Assembly: GCA_038087875.1 (NCBI GenBank)
Contig: CM075990.1
Span: 14,820,001-14,884,000 of the forward strand
DNA: 64,000 nucleotides
Reading direction: 5' to 3'
Origin: Malacoraja senta
Lineage: Eukaryota
The notes under the pieces are model-generated. The model did not search any database, was not told the DNA's origin, and saw only the letters and a program-made list of their open reading frames with translations. The translations under genes and the position numbers were made by a program. Below, piece after piece: positions 50,505 through 64,000 of this stretch (within the stretch, counting starts at the first letter, position 1; the number at the start of each line of letters is the position of its first letter).

Positions 50505-50705
50505 AGAAACATAGAAAATATGTGCAGGAGTAGGCAATTTGGCCCTTCGAGCCAGCACCACCATTCAATATGATCATGGCTGATCATCCAAAATCAGTAC
50601 CCCGTTCCTGTTTTTTCCCCATATCCTTTGAATAATTTAGCCCTAAGAGCTAAATCTCTCTCTTGAAAACATCCAGAAGCCTTCCACTGACTTCTGTGGC
50701 AGAGA
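50505..50705 (-). mobile_element. CR1 3' end
   Basis: agaaacatagaaaata..gcaggagtaggc..ccattcaatatgatcatggctgatcatcc. Confidence 0.88.
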
Positions 50706-52887
50706 AGAATCAAAAGGTGAATGGAGAGATAGTTCCAGGAAATAAAGATGGTGGAAGGATGAATGGGGGTGAATGAATTGGTCTCCTGGGAACCTACAGG
50801 ACCCGGCAAGCCAAATACGGGATCCTGCCTCGTTGTCAGATAATATGCATTGAGCCTCTGGTACAAAAAACATGTGAAAAATATAAATCATACAAGGATG
50901 CTTTTTTGAAGAAAACCAGGGGGATTTGTCCATGATCTTATAATAATATTTACTAATATTTAATTAGTAAGGACATCACAAGTAATGGGAAGATAGCAAG
51001 AGAATGGGAGTGAGAGGGAAAGATTGATCAGCCATGATTGAATGGCAGAGTAGAATGGCCTAATTCTGCTCCTATAACCCATGAATATTTATTCTTCAGT
51101 CAACATCACCATAACTATATGTTTATTAATAATCAAGCAAAAATAATGGAGCTACTGAAAATCTGAAATAATATCTGATAATGTGGGACATTCTCAGTAG
51201 ATCAGCCAACTTCTATGGAAATGGTTATTTTTTGAAGTAAATATGTTTGGTCCTTACCAAGATTTGTACATAAATGTACTATTATGGGTATTTTACTGAA
51301 TGCCTTTGTGATGGGTTTTTCAAAGGATTTCCCATAGGTTTGTTACAACCCATGTTGGTGATGATGTTAACCTTGTGTGGTAAGTCATGTGCACCATTGA
51401 TCTGGTATAATGAGTTCTTATGCAGGTTCATCTTGGACAGTGGTGGCCCAATGCCACAAGTGTGTTCATTTTGGGTACAAAGATGGGTACTTTTAACAAA
51501 ATAATAATAAGAACTTTGGGGGTAAACCCCCCCAAAATTGGGACCAGTGTGAATGGAGCACCTTGGTCGGCTTGGGCAAGTTGGGCCCAGGGGTCTGTTT
51601 CCCTGCTGTATGACTCTAAATTTAGGCAACTGATGTGTTGTTTTCATTTGGGTTTTTATTGGTGCAAATCTAACCAAACCTTGCAATAAAATTTGAAAAT
51701 AAAAACAAAATTGCATATATTGAAAATCTAAAATTAAAAAAAGAAAACTATGGAAATTCAGGCATGAAAGAGTGCAGATGCAAGAATCTGGAGCAAAGCC
51801 AACTGCTGGAGGAACTTAGCAGGCCAGGCTGCATCTCTGAAGGCAAAAGGATGCTCGACGTTTGGGGTAAAATGTTTTGGGTTGAGAAATGTTGACCATC
51901 CCTTTGTCCCCACAAATGCTGGAAATACTTAGCAGGTCCGGCTGTATTTGTGGTAAGTGAAACGTAACGTCTGAGGTTGAAGACAGAATTTTGCCAGTTC
52001 TGAGGAAAGGTCTTCAACCTGACACATTAACTCTGCTTCACTTCCCACTGATGCGGCCTGACCTCCTGATAAATCATACCGTCTGCTAAACACACTGTAA
52101 ATGTTGACTCTGTTGGCTCTTAACTGGAGATTGCTCCAGAGCTTAATACTACATGACTCCTGGTGTGGATGGATCATGGACCAACAGAAATGATTCCTTA
52201 AGTGGAGAGAGTTTGCTGATGGTTCTGATGGTGGTATGGAGGTGAGGAAATGATTTGTGTTCCTACATAATATTTGATCAGTTGTAAATGACCAATCTTT
52301 TTTTTTAAAGATCTTGAGGATACTTTTCCTTTTCATACCAATGGGAAACAAGATGAATGTTTTCTATTTTTCAATGTGTGGTACAGATCGGATGAGTAGT
52401 GAGCAGCTGTTCTGTTAGTGAATGATTCAAGGACTAGAGGGCATGTATTCAAAGTGACAGACAAAAGGTACAATGGGGAATGTGTGTAAAACAGATTGGT
52501 GACTCGAGCAGGTTGGAGGCTGAGCATCCCGCAGCAAGAGACTCGTTTGGCGTGCCAAGGCCTTTCCTTCATCTGAAAAAGCATGACATCAAGTCAAACA
52601 GTCATGCAGTCATACAGCCTTTCGGCCCACCATGTCCATGCCAACCAATCAGAAGCATGGCTGGGACAGGTTTAGAGGGATTAAAGGGCCAAACACAGGC
52701 AAGTAGGACTAGTGTAGATGGGGCATGTTGGTCGGTGTGGGCAAGTTGGGCCAAAGGGCCTGTTTCCACACTGTATGACTATGATTCCAAGCCAGATGGA
52801 ACGCTTTCCAATTGCCTGGATGGGTGCAGCACCAATAACGCCTGATGTTTGACTCCATCAAGGAGAAAGCAGCCATCTATCACCCTA

Positions 52888-53121
52888 ACTTTTACACCCA
52901 GAGAGTTGTGAATCTGTGGAATTCTCTGCAACAGAAGGCAATGGAGGCCAATTCACTGGATGGTTTCAAGAGAGAGAGAGATATAGCTCTTGGGGCTATG
53001 GGGAGAAAGCAGGAACGGGGTACTGATTTTGGATGATCAGCCTTGATCATATTGAATGGCAGTGCTGGCTTGAAGGGTGGAATGGCCTACTCCTGCACCT
53101 ATTGTCTATGTTTCTATGTTT
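52888..53121 (+). mobile_element. CR1 3' end inserted into an older LINE remnant (~52790-53510)
   Basis: FYTQRVVNLWNSL..FKRE; tail ctatgtttctatg. Confidence 0.85.
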
Positions 53122-53551
53122 TCAAATGCTCATTTCCTCTACCACTGGTGCATTAGAGTTGCAGGGTGCACTGCCTATATACGGAACTTCCAGGCTGTTC
53201 CAAAAACACTTCTCGAACCTGCAACTGCTTCCACCCAGAAATGAGAAGGCAACAGTTGTGTGGCAACATCACAGCCTATGGGAACATCACAGCCTATGGG
53301 TTCCTATCCAAGTCGCTCATTTTCCTACGTGGGAAATGGAACATTATTCCTTTGCCGGCTCTCACTGCTGGACAACTCACTGCAATGACACAATGGGAAT
53401 ACATTCAACAAAAGTCTGCAGCAGTTGAAGGTGGACACCCAATGCCAGCTTCTGAAGGTCAATAAATGATCCTCCTGCTGGTGATGCCGACAGATCGAAT
53501 TATGAACTGTAAGGGTGACAGGGACGGCTTCAGCCTGGGCTTTCAAAAAGG

Positions 53552-53643
53552 ACAGACGCAAAATGCTGGGTTAACTCAGCGGGTCGGGCAGCATCTCTGG
53601 AGAGAAGGAATGGGTGACGTTTCGGGTTGAGACTCCTTCAGAT
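53552..53643 (-). mobile_element. Penelope-like 3' fragment
   Basis: gcagcatctctggagagaaggaatgggtgacgtttcgggttgagactccttcaga. Confidence 0.8.
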
Positions 53644-54279
53644 TCAAAAGGGAATTGGGTCAGCAATTGAGGGCAAGGTAATGTACAGGGTTGCAAGGGA
53701 ACGGGACCCTGTGGATTGTCAGAAGCAGACCCATCATGGACGCAATGGATGGTCTGGTGTCTGTCTAAATGAATCTGTACGCAAAGTAACTGGGCCTTTT
53801 GCAGTTGAGCAGTCTGCTTTTATTTTACTTATTGCTTCACAGCAAATATCCCAAAAACGTTTAAATTTCCATTACCCATAAATAATGGGGCAAGCTCAGG
53901 TAGGAAATGTGATCGGCGTGGACGAGCTGGGCCAAAGGGCTTGTTTCCGTACTGTATAACTCTAAGACAGAATTATGCCTGGACAATGTTACAGTTGGTT
54001 CCCTTCAAATGAATGAAGCTTAAGTCACATCTGTTTAAAATCGTAACCCACAGATGCTGTTTTCTGCGGGGCGGAGTGGAGGGTGCGGGGAATATACCAT
54101 TTAAATGGGACAGCTGATGCTATTCTGTTTTGGTTTTTCTCTTTGGCAACTTTTGTAAATCTATACACTTTCTAGCCTTAATGAAAGACCAAAACTTGCC
54201 TCAAAATGATTTTAAAAAAGAGATTTTGGAGGTTTCATATTGGAATTAGTGAATTAATTGTAACACAGAACATAGCTTC

Positions 54280-55096
54280 ATGTTTAATGTGGATAAATGT
54301 GAGGTTATCCACTTTGGTAGCAAAAACAGGAAGGCAGCTTACTATCTAAATGGCGCCAAATTGGGAAAAGGGGAAGTACAACGGGATCTGGGGGTCCTTG
54401 TTCATCAGTCTTTGAAAGTAAGCATGCAGGTACAGCAGGCAGTGAAGAAAGCGAATGGCATGTTGGCCTTTATAACAAGAGGAGTTGAGTATAGGAGCAA
54501 AGAGGCTCTTCTGCAGTTGTTCAGGGCCCTAGTGAGACCACACCTGGAGTATTGTGTGCAGTTTTGGTCCCCTAATTTGAGGAAGGACATTCTTGCTGTT
54601 GAGGGAGTGCAGCGTAGGTTTACAAGGTTAATTCCCGGGATGGCGGGACTGTCATATGCTGAGAGAATGGAGCGGCTGGGCTTGTACACTCTGGAGTTTA
54701 GAAGGATGAGAGGGTATCTCATTGAAACATATAAGATTGTTAAGGGTTTGGACATGCTAGAGGCAGGAAACATGTTCCCGATGTTGGGGGAGTCCAGAAC
54801 CAAGGGCCTCGGTTTAAGAATAAGGGGAAGCCATTTAGAACGGAGACGAGGAAACGCTTTTTCTCACAGAGAGTTGTGAGTCTGTGGAATTCTCTGCCTC
54901 AGAGGGCGGTGGAGGCCAGTTCTCTGGATACTTTCAAGAGAGAGCTTGATAGGGCTCTTAAAGGTAGCGGAGTCAGGGGAGATGGGGAGAAGGCAGGAAC
55001 GGGGTACTGATTGGGGATGATCAGCCATGATCACATTGAATGGCGGTGCTGGCTCGAAGGGCCGAATGGCCTACTCCTGCACCTATTGTCTATTGT
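54280..55096 (+). mobile_element. 5'-truncated CR1 LINE
   Basis: ORF 54280-54879 FNVDKCEVIHFG..RDLGVLV..KKANGML..LVRPHLEYCVQFWSP; frameshift near 54840; 3' UTR and ctattgt tail. Confidence 0.95.
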
Positions 55097-55729
55097 TGAT
55101 AGCAAAATACAACACAGGAAGAGGCCCTTCAGCCCACAATGTCCATGCTGAACATGCTGCCAAGTTAAACTGATCTCCTCTGCCTGCACATCACTCCATT
55201 CTTTGCATATCCGTTGGCCCATCTAAAAGCTTCTTAAACGCCACTATTGTATTCCACCTCTATCCCTGGCAGCATGTTCCATGTACCCAGCACACTCTCA
55301 ATTGATCAGCAGAGTTCTAATTTATTTCATGCGCCAGTTTGTATCCAGGGCATCCAATGACTCAGTCCATCTGAGGAATTCCATCAGGCGTTCATCTTAT
55401 TTATAGTTCCTTGATCTGGGATCTTTTGCATAACATTGACGGTTTAAGTTGTGACGTGTACAGTACCTCGTTACACATGACAATAAACTAATCTGAAACT
55501 GAAAATAAAGTGAATCATTTGTTGTGTTAAAAAGTTACAATTATTTTAATTCCATTATTTATTTCCGAGACTCTAATTTCTGCTGTTGATGACAATACTT
55601 TAAGCAGCTGGATATAACACTTATGGAACTCAAAGTTCAAATGGCAAATGCAATGGAACTTAGATCTGTTTTCTTTGTTTAGACAGATGGGGGATGATTT
55701 TATTGATATGCATAAATCCCTGGGGGCGG

Positions 55730-56055
55730 GGGCATGAGAGCGTACGGTCTCCACTAGTGGGAGAGGCTCAAACAAGGCAACATAGATACAATATAATTGG
55801 AGTTTAATATTTATAAGTCGGATGTATATGAATTACTTTTCGCAGAGTGTGGTAAATCGTTGGAATTTTCTACCCTCGGAGGCTTGTGGAGGCTGCAACT
55901 GCTTAAAGGGGAGGTAGACACATTTTAGAATGATTAGAGAATTGAGGGCTATGGGGGAAATGGCACAGAAGAGGAGTTGAGGAATGGCAGAGATCATCCA
56001 TGATCATGGTGGACTGGTTTTGACAGAATTAGTGCTCTACTCCTGCTCCTATATT
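55730..56055 (+). mobile_element. Old CR1 3' remnant
   Basis: ttttcgcagagtgtggtaaatcgttggaattttctaccc..ctactcctgctcctat. Confidence 0.65.
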
Positions 56056-56060
56056 CTGGT

Positions 56061-56268
56061 GATAGACACAAAAAGCTGGAGTAACTCAGCGGGACAGGCA
56101 GCATCGTTGGAGAGAAGGAATGGGTGATGTTTCTGGTCGTAAAGAAGGGTCTCGACCTGAAACGTCACCCGTTCTTTCTCTCCAGAGATGCTGCCTGTCC
56201 CGCTGAGTTACTCCAGCTTTTTGTGTCTATCTTTGGTTTAAACCAGCATCTGCAGTTCCTTCCTACAC
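56061..56268. mobile_element. Palindromic Penelope-derived element (young)
   Basis: Near-perfect arms gatagacacaaaaagctggagtaactcagcgggacaggcagcatc / gatgctgcctgtcccgctgagttactccagctttttgtgtctatc. Confidence 0.92.
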
Positions 56269-58561
56269 CTGTTGTATTTTTGGTTAAGTAATGCCAGTTG
56301 AATTAACTAAAGTTTTTACTTTGTTTTACAGCGTTTCGTAATGCAGCGGGATAATTTTTTGTCAGGAGATGTAGCAGTAATCTGCCATCCCTGTGGCTGT
56401 GCTGCCTATCTTCTGTTTGGGAGATTAGAAGCAGTCAGCCTAGTAGAATAGGGTGTTAAAAGAAAATCTAATATTTAGAACTGAAAATGTGATTTGAATG
56501 TACGTACAGGAGGTTAAATAACATGAGCGAGCCAAATGCAAGTTTAAAAACCGTGGTAATCAATACGAGACCACTGATTCAGTATTGGGGAATTATCAAT
56601 TATCTCCCAAGAGGGAGGGAATTCCCTTTGCTACAGCAGAAAATCAGATTTGCATGGTGGTATCAGTGGAACCCAAGTCACAAAGCAATGTTAAATTAGC
56701 ATGTTATTTGCATTTCATCCTCTTAGTAATAAAGTGATTTTGAGAATCCTCACAACTAAAGCTGCCTCTGAATCAATGTTAGTTTAATCATGGATCTGCT
56801 GCCTCAGGTGAAATTATAGTGCTATGATTTCATAGAATCATAAGATTGAAGGATTCATATATTCCACCTGCATAATATTATGCATTCTGTCTTCGTACCA
56901 TACATGTTTAACAGGGAACAGTATAGTTATCGAATGATGAGTTATGCCAGTATTGGCAAGCAGCATATCAGATTGTATCTGTTCTGTTTAATAATGTTGG
57001 GGAACACTCTTAACTGTTATAAGGCTGCACTGCTTTAAGAATTGTATCATGCGATTCACTGCTTTGTTATTGTGGCAGTGTTTAGCTTTGAAAGTTGGAG
57101 TCTATCTGGCTCCATGGAGAAAACCATTGAAAAACTGCCGTCCTAACACTTACGTTTCTTTTATATACAAAGCACTTTTATTGTTGGTTTGAATTACCAA
57201 TTATATTCCACTCTTTTTTAGAGACTGATACTGAGATTCAGTCAGAAGCCCACAATACCCAGTCACTCTTTGCTTTAGTCGTTTTCTTTCACTTGCATTT
57301 AACTGGGTGCATTTTAATTGAAGTCATGTGAAGCAAATAAAATGCACTTTATAAACTAAAGAACAATGAAGTGTTGGAAGTATAACTGGAATTTGTCTGT
57401 ACACGGGGTTCAAAGCAGGTACTAGTCCAAAAGCAGTACTTCTGGCATTAGTTAGATTACATTATGTATTTAATTGCAATTCTTCAAGGCAAGCAGAAGA
57501 AAAGGCTGCAGCTTTCTTGAGGGACGGCCAATGTGGGAAGTTTTAAATCGTATAAAATGGCTTCTTTGTTACAATGGGGAAAAGAGGGCTTTTCTATTCT
57601 ATCTTTTCAATTAGGCAATGGCTGATGCATGGTGAGGGTGCACGTAAGCTGGAGAAAACTCACTTAAATTAGGTAAATGAATCTGCTGATGGGTTGAAAT
57701 CATGAAAATGCAGTTTGCACTGAAGACAGCATATTTTATTTAGTCCATTGGATAGGAGGCTGCAAACATTTTTGAAGAACCTATATCTAAGTATTTTGAT
57801 GATTAAAATTTGCTATCAAAAATTGTGATGAGGCCTCATAAGGGCATGATACATACAGTATAAACAGGGGAATTGAAAACTTGCAGTAGTAAGGTGTTCC
57901 GCTACTGGGTCCCCAATCAAATCCACAGAGCATCAAGAATACACAGCAAGTGGAATAAACCTGCTGTAAACAAGTCCAGTGACCTTGTTGTATCATTACA
58001 TCTGTAAATTACTGAATTAGCCTTTTCCCATTTAAAATCAGCTTTTATAATTTGGAAAAGGTCTTGGCAGCGATTTAAATGTTCATTTAATTTAACTTAA
58101 TTTGCTTGACCTTTTCTTTCTGTTGTTGTCACTGATTCTCTCTCCACAGAAGCTGCCTGGCTTTCTGATGATTTCCAGTGATTTTGTTTTTTAATCTCTC
58201 CTATCTGACCTTGTCCAATGTATATCATTTTTTAAAACCTGATTTAACAAGAGATTCAGCATTCTTATAGACATCCCTTTTGGTGTGACCATTTGTTTTT
58301 CTACCCCTGGACTTGAAGCAACATTTCATAAACATGCACGCCATTGCTTCTGGTTGTTCAGATCCACCTGCTGTTTTGAGGATCATACACCGTTTTAGTT
58401 TTATACGCTCAGCAACATTCCTTGAGAAACATACTGAACATCAAGTGGAAAAGGGCACAACTAACTCCAGAATGGAGAGCCGGGAAGATTTGTGCTTTTT
58501 TTTTCATGTTTTAAGACGGTCTCCAAAGGAGCAGTCGCATTTTCTGGAGACAACTTGGAAT

Positions 58562-58595
58562 AGTCTGAAGAAGGGTCTCAATCCGAAACGTCACC
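58562..58595 (+). ncRNA. Minimal type I hammerhead ribozyme motif (PLE-associated)
   Basis: CUGAAGA, extra A, helix II GGGU/AUCC, GAAA, loopless palindromic helix III ACGU, GUC site; helix I only 2 bp (GU/AC). Confidence 0.6.
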
Positions 58596-58645
58596 TATCC
58601 ATGTCCTCCAGAGATGGTGCCAGACCCGCTGAGTTACTCCAGCTC
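58562..58645 (+). mobile_element. Penelope 3' fragment beginning at the hammerhead motif
   Basis: agtCTGAAGAagggtctcaatccGAAAcgtcacc. Confidence 0.8.
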
Positions 58646-61600
58646 TCTTTTTTTTTCCTTTATGCTTTATTTCCATGAATGGGAATATCGTGTGAATCTG
58701 GCTTGTTTACTTTGCATCAACATCCAGGTTTTTGAAAAGATATTAGTCACCATTAAGTAGATTGGGAAGGAACTATGAGTGATTACTAACATGGAATAAA
58801 ATAAATCCATTCACTTTTTAAATTAACTTCTAATGTGCAGTATTTTTATTTATAGATACAGTGTAAAACACTTGCCTCTAATGGAATAAAAAGATAGCTT
58901 AAGACGGCGTGTTTGTGTGTGCGTGGAAACAGAGGGAAGTGCTGCTATGCTATTGCCGGTTCTGGCCTGCTGCAGTGGTTCTCGTACACTTCTAGACATC
59001 TCAGTATAGCTCAGCTGCGATTTCAGCAAAAGCAAAATATAGGATTGGGCTGGCTGAAGTTGATTAATAGTCCTGTGAGAGTGAAAGACTCCAGGGCCAA
59101 GCAGTAGGTCCATCCTGGTGGCATCTGATGTTGATTGGCTTTGTCCGATGCGGCTGCACTGGAAGAGCGGACATTAAGATTAAGTGATGCTGTCGTACTG
59201 AGGAGTGCTGTACTGCATCATTTGGGGAAGAGACAGCTGCGGTGGTTAATCCTTCATCACCAAGGGAGTGCTGCCAGGAGAAAGATATACTGCCAAAGAT
59301 AACCCTCCATAACTTCTGCTAAAGATCAGGAAACTTTGAATTCTCATCCATCTGCTGTATTCTGTGTTAAATATCAGATTGGGTAGACTGGGGAAAAAAT
59401 GCATCCATTGGGATATGCAGAATGTAGGCTGTACAAGGAAATTGCCTCAAAATGTATTTAAGGTTGTCATATATATGTTAGTCTCTTAGCATAAATTTCC
59501 GCAGCACAGAAAATTAAGGTAGTCTAGTTTTTTTTAGGCAATTGTAAGCAAACAAAACAGATGAAGGTCATTCATCTATTGCAGTTACAGAGTGCAGGCT
59601 GTGTGCATGTCTGCACCCTGGATTTAGCCTGATGAAATGCAATCAAAATAAATTTAAAACTTTATACATCGAATCTCATTCAAAATTAAAATGCAGTTAT
59701 GTGAAGCTAAATGTTGAGAGATCATTTAAAAACACAATGCAACTCAGAATGTCCACAACACCCATTAATATTTTCTTTTGAATGCAAGAGAAAATAATGT
59801 CGTCAAACACCATCAAAGCTAAACACGTTTTTAACTGTAACATGTTAAACGATGACAATTCTGAAACTAAGATTTAATGACCCTGAAAACTAAAAGGTGC
59901 ATGAAGCATAAAATGTGTTGTTAATATTTAAGAAATATGTTTGTATTGATTTCAGTGGAAGCAAAACATGTAATGAAGGATTTCAGAGTCAGTTGACTAA
60001 TGCAGTTTAAATTTGAGCTCTGGGCCTTCTCTTGAGTCCATTTCATCAGTCACATTTATCCTGGCAACCTGAAGCAAATAGCTACTCAAATATAAAAATG
60101 AATAATAGTGCAATTTTGTAAACTGAAAGATGTAAAAAGCTTGTAATGCTGGTAATGTACAACGATGTTTTGGGATGTTTTGCTTAGACTGTGATGGTGA
60201 TATGAAGAGAATATTTTTTGATGTGTTTGTATTAATGGCGTCAGCATATTTCGGAATGCTGGGCTTTGCATGTTTGCAGCTGGTATGATGCAGCTGTCAA
60301 GCCATGATTGATGAGTATCATCATTTAAAGTGTAAAAGAAAACGTCTCTGCAAAGAGAGACATGATGAACTGCCGTCTGCTGCCCCAACTAGACACGGTC
60401 ATCATTTTCTCCCCGCTGTCCTTGCCAGAATCTCGGAATGTCATCATGAACAGCACTGCCCAGCTTCTAGCTCTCCAATATCACTTCGGTACTTGTCAGA
60501 TCGTATGAAACGTCAAAATTCATGTGGCTTGTGTGAAGAGATATATTTAGTACAGCTGCTGCATACCTACATAGTGCCTCTGACAGTGACATATTAGTTA
60601 TGCTGTCTTTTGCAATCTGATATCTTTAAATTTGCCACCTTGTTAAGTTTTGATTAATGTGATTCCATTTCACTAAAGTAATTGGCTTGGCCTGTTGTAA
60701 AAAATAATCAGCCTTTCCATGGAACAAATGCTAGAACATGCTAATGAGGGAGTGAGTTCGTTAAACTGATGGCGAAGAGTGACAGTTATTAATGATTGTT
60801 TTATGATAAACAGACGAGTGTGAATCAGGATGAGTCGGTGAAAGTGACAGTTTAAAAATAACGTATATTGGAAAGTACTAACGAAGTAATATACTGTTAG
60901 GAAAACAATCATGCAACTTGTCAAGGAAAGAAGTGTAATTATACAGCTGTATTGTTGCCTGTGTGGACAAGACCTGGCTGATAATGGACATTTTTTGGCA
61001 AGGGGCTAGGGAAATTTGTTGTGACAGAAAGGCGTACACATTGATAAATTAATTGCTACTTTTTTTGTTTCTTTGAGGAAACTTGGATAAAGATTGTCAA
61101 GTTGATCTGAGGCTGGAGCAAGATGACCCCAGAGGTGCAATTCACTATATATTGGACAATGTCTACTGTGTATCTGTTGACTTGACTGAATATCTTGTAA
61201 AATTTGGCTTAACATTTCACTAATATAGCTTGGCAGCATTGTTTAAGCATTTGACTGATAGCGCTTGAATAAATTGTATAAGGGTAGTCAGTTTGAATGC
61301 TGCAACAAGCTGATTAGAGTCCCGCAGCCACAGTTCCTTCACCTTCAGGCCAGCCTAGCTCGGGATGAAATTTGTTAACTCTTTTTAAATGTTAAAATAG
61401 TTGACAGCTCCTCAATCTTTACAAAGGCTTTTATGCAGATTAACTGCTCAGTTGTCCATTATATTAAGTAGTCTTTTCCTTTGTACTTTTTCCCCCCCGC
61501 AGATTTATAAGTCTCCGTTTACTGAAAGGAATTAGATACTGTTGTGTTGAAATGTTGCTTTTGGAGGATCTGGGAAAACCAAAGGCTCTTTCTTCGTTAT

Positions 61601-63339
61601 CATGACATATAATTTTGGCAATCAGCTCTGCTGACTTGAATGCCAATTTCAAGCAGGAACAAAGGGGATTTGGGGGGGGGGGGGGGAGAGAATCTAATGT
61701 TAATTCCTTCCTCAGTCAGAATATAGCAAGTACAACATCCGTATGACAGAGGGCTGAAGGACTGTGGTTCTGAGGTTCTGAAGGCTGTGCTGACCTCCCA
61801 GTGAACTCCGACCAAATCTTATCACAGAAACTAGATGAGCAGAGGGGGGGTTTAATTAGAGGAGCAGGTCTCTGTCAAAGATGATATGTGATGTAAGGAT
61901 ATTCACGAAAGCCTCATCCTCCAATGTTGTATTTGTTAGATCTTTAAAGCATATTTTCACAGGAGAGTTGAACTGCGTAATCAGGAGATTTATTCTGCTT
62001 AGCGCCCATTACTAGTTAAAAGCAGGCTGTAGATCAGAATGTTGTGAAGTGGTCTAAGGAGGATAACTGTGGCAGATAGAAATTATAAACAATGAGAAAA
62101 TGTATTCGGGTTAAATAAATTCAAACTCTGCGTAATGCCTCTTTGTGAAGCCAGTTTGCAATCAAACATGTAATCTTGTCGCACCTTCACTGCAGATAAT
62201 CATCGCAAGAAGTTAAATGCGCTCTTTCTAATTATCAGCCTTTCATTTGCAGCTTGTATTAAATGCTGACGTGTTAATGTAAAAAAAACAGTATTAAAAG
62301 TAACTTGCATTTCTTTCAGTGGCTCGTGGAGCCACATACTCAGCAACCACACAACTGTCCTACATGTAAAATGTCACAACAAATTAAGATGATCTAGCTA
62401 GTGAGAAGTATAATTTGCTTGTTCCATAGTTAAGAATTAAAAAAAAGCTGGCAATTATCTACAGACTGGTGAGATTTAATTGTATGATATCTGAGTTATT
62501 TTGATGGTACAGTGGAAATGCAGTACTAATTAAAGCTGTACATCTTTGAATTATATACATTTCTTTACACATTAACAAAAATAATTGCTACATCTATATT
62601 GATATGTTTAAATAAAATTGCCCACCGTACTGTTGTTTACCAGATAATGTTTTTATTTTATTTTTATATACTTGACTGCATATTTGAAATTGAAACCTTC
62701 ATCATTCTGAGCAATGCCTCATTTATCAGGATGCATTTAAAATAATAGATAGTCTTGTGGAACCAGGGAAGTAGTTGTGCAGGGAATTCCGCAAATTCTC
62801 CCAGATTCTGTGGTAGTTTAAGGAAGTTGGTTTGTTCTGATGAATTCCAGGTCAATGTAGGTGGCAAGACGCCCTCACCTCAACTTGACCAAATGGCTCT
62901 GCTTTCCTGCAACAGTCCATCACAAGGAACTGTGTCCCCAGGCAAACAATGACACCAGTTTGAGAATGTCGTCACTGATGCTGACATTGAAGAATACCTC
63001 CTGGTGAGCTGTCAGCTTTCAAGATTCATGCTACGTGTAATTCCTCCAGTGTACGCATGCACATCCGGGGAACCTGAACAGATTATACCACCCCACTTTC
63101 ATTGGAGTTGTCCTATTGCTGAACCTCATGGCTAAAGAGACTGGGAACATTTTCCCAGCACCGATTCTGGTTGTGCCCTTTAGAAATATGAAATGAACAA
63201 TATGACACCATGTATATCACCTGGTAAAGTCACAAATATATTGGATCAGAGTATCTTTCAATGCAACTATGATGATATTATTGCTACAAGTAAGGAGAAG
63301 ATGAGAGGATAAATGCAGATTTTTATCTTTTCCTGCACT

Positions 63340-63636
63340 TCAGAGATACAGCACGGAAACAGGCCCTTCGGCCCACCGGGTCCGTGCTGACCAGCGATCC
63401 CCGCACATTAACACCATCCTACACCCACTAGGGACAATTTTTGCATTTACCAAGCCAATTAACCTACAAACCTGAACGTCTTTGGAATGTGGGAGGAAAC
63501 CGAAGATCTCGGTGAAAACCCACGCAGGTCACTGGGAGAACGTGCAAACTCCGCACAGACAGCACCCGTAGTCGGGATCGAACCCGGGTCTCCGGTGCTG
63601 CATTAGCTGCAACTCTACCGCTGTGCCACCATAACT
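63340..63636 (-). mobile_element. V-SINE (HE1-like), well preserved
   Basis: Minus-strand B box GGTTCGATCCC (~63574-63584), V-core, tail gggccgaagggcctgtttccgtgctgtatctc. Confidence 0.9.
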
Positions 63637-63797
63637 GCTGCATTCTCTTCGGAGCCCCATGGCTCACTCCTGACACTTATTTGGAAGACATTAGTTTCCA
63701 CTTTATATTGGCAGTGAGCTTTATCTCTCAACCCCTTCATTGCCTTTAATGTGTTATGTGTTTTGGCAATGACCAGGTTTGGTTGAGTAGGCAAAAT

Positions 63798-64000
63798 GTT
63801 TAAGAAGGAACTGCAGATGCTGGAAAAGCGAAGGTAGACAAAAATGATGGAGAAACTCAGCGGGTGAGGCAGCATCTATGGAGCGAAGGAAATAGGCAAC
63901 GTTTCGGGCCGAATCGTCTGAAGAAGGGTTTCGGCCTGAAACGTTGCCTATTTCCTTCGCTCCATAGATGCTGCCTCACCCGCTTAGTTTCTTCAGCATT
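63798..64000. mobile_element. Palindromic Penelope-derived element (second subfamily), runs off the window
   Basis: Inverted arms; gtCTGAAGAagggtttcggcctGAAAcgtt at ~63916-63945. Confidence 0.9.

Noticed and set aside
62755..63010. ORF-like segment ending at a gtgag donor-like site
   Set aside because: Stops occur in candidate frames, there is no clear acceptor and no recognisable product.

Overview
AT-rich (roughly 40% GC by eye), repeat-dense eukaryotic DNA. The repeat set (CR1, Rex1/Babar and RTE LINEs, Penelope-like elements, V-domain and Deu-domain SINEs, Harbinger- and hAT-type MITEs) points to a cartilaginous fish, probably a skate or ray; this is an inference. I can support no host protein-coding exon, so the window looks intronic or intergenic, with transposon-poor tracts that may hold conserved non-coding elements. 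All credible ORFs are retroelement fragments: Rex1 RT at 15978-17174, CR1 ORF2 C-termini, and a Penelope GIY-YIG nuclease. Main finding: a ~135-140 bp retroposon present twice (18865-18996 +, 36714-36853 -), each with a TSD and an AAG-repeat tail. Its 5' ~50 nt fold as a compact HDV/CPEB3-like self-cleaving ribozyme, and one copy starts exactly at the predicted cleavage site. The many short, often palindromic Penelope-derived elements carry minimal hammerhead ribozyme cores, and one has captured ~185 bp of nearby genomic DNA. All calls are by eye; no searches or folding programs were run.
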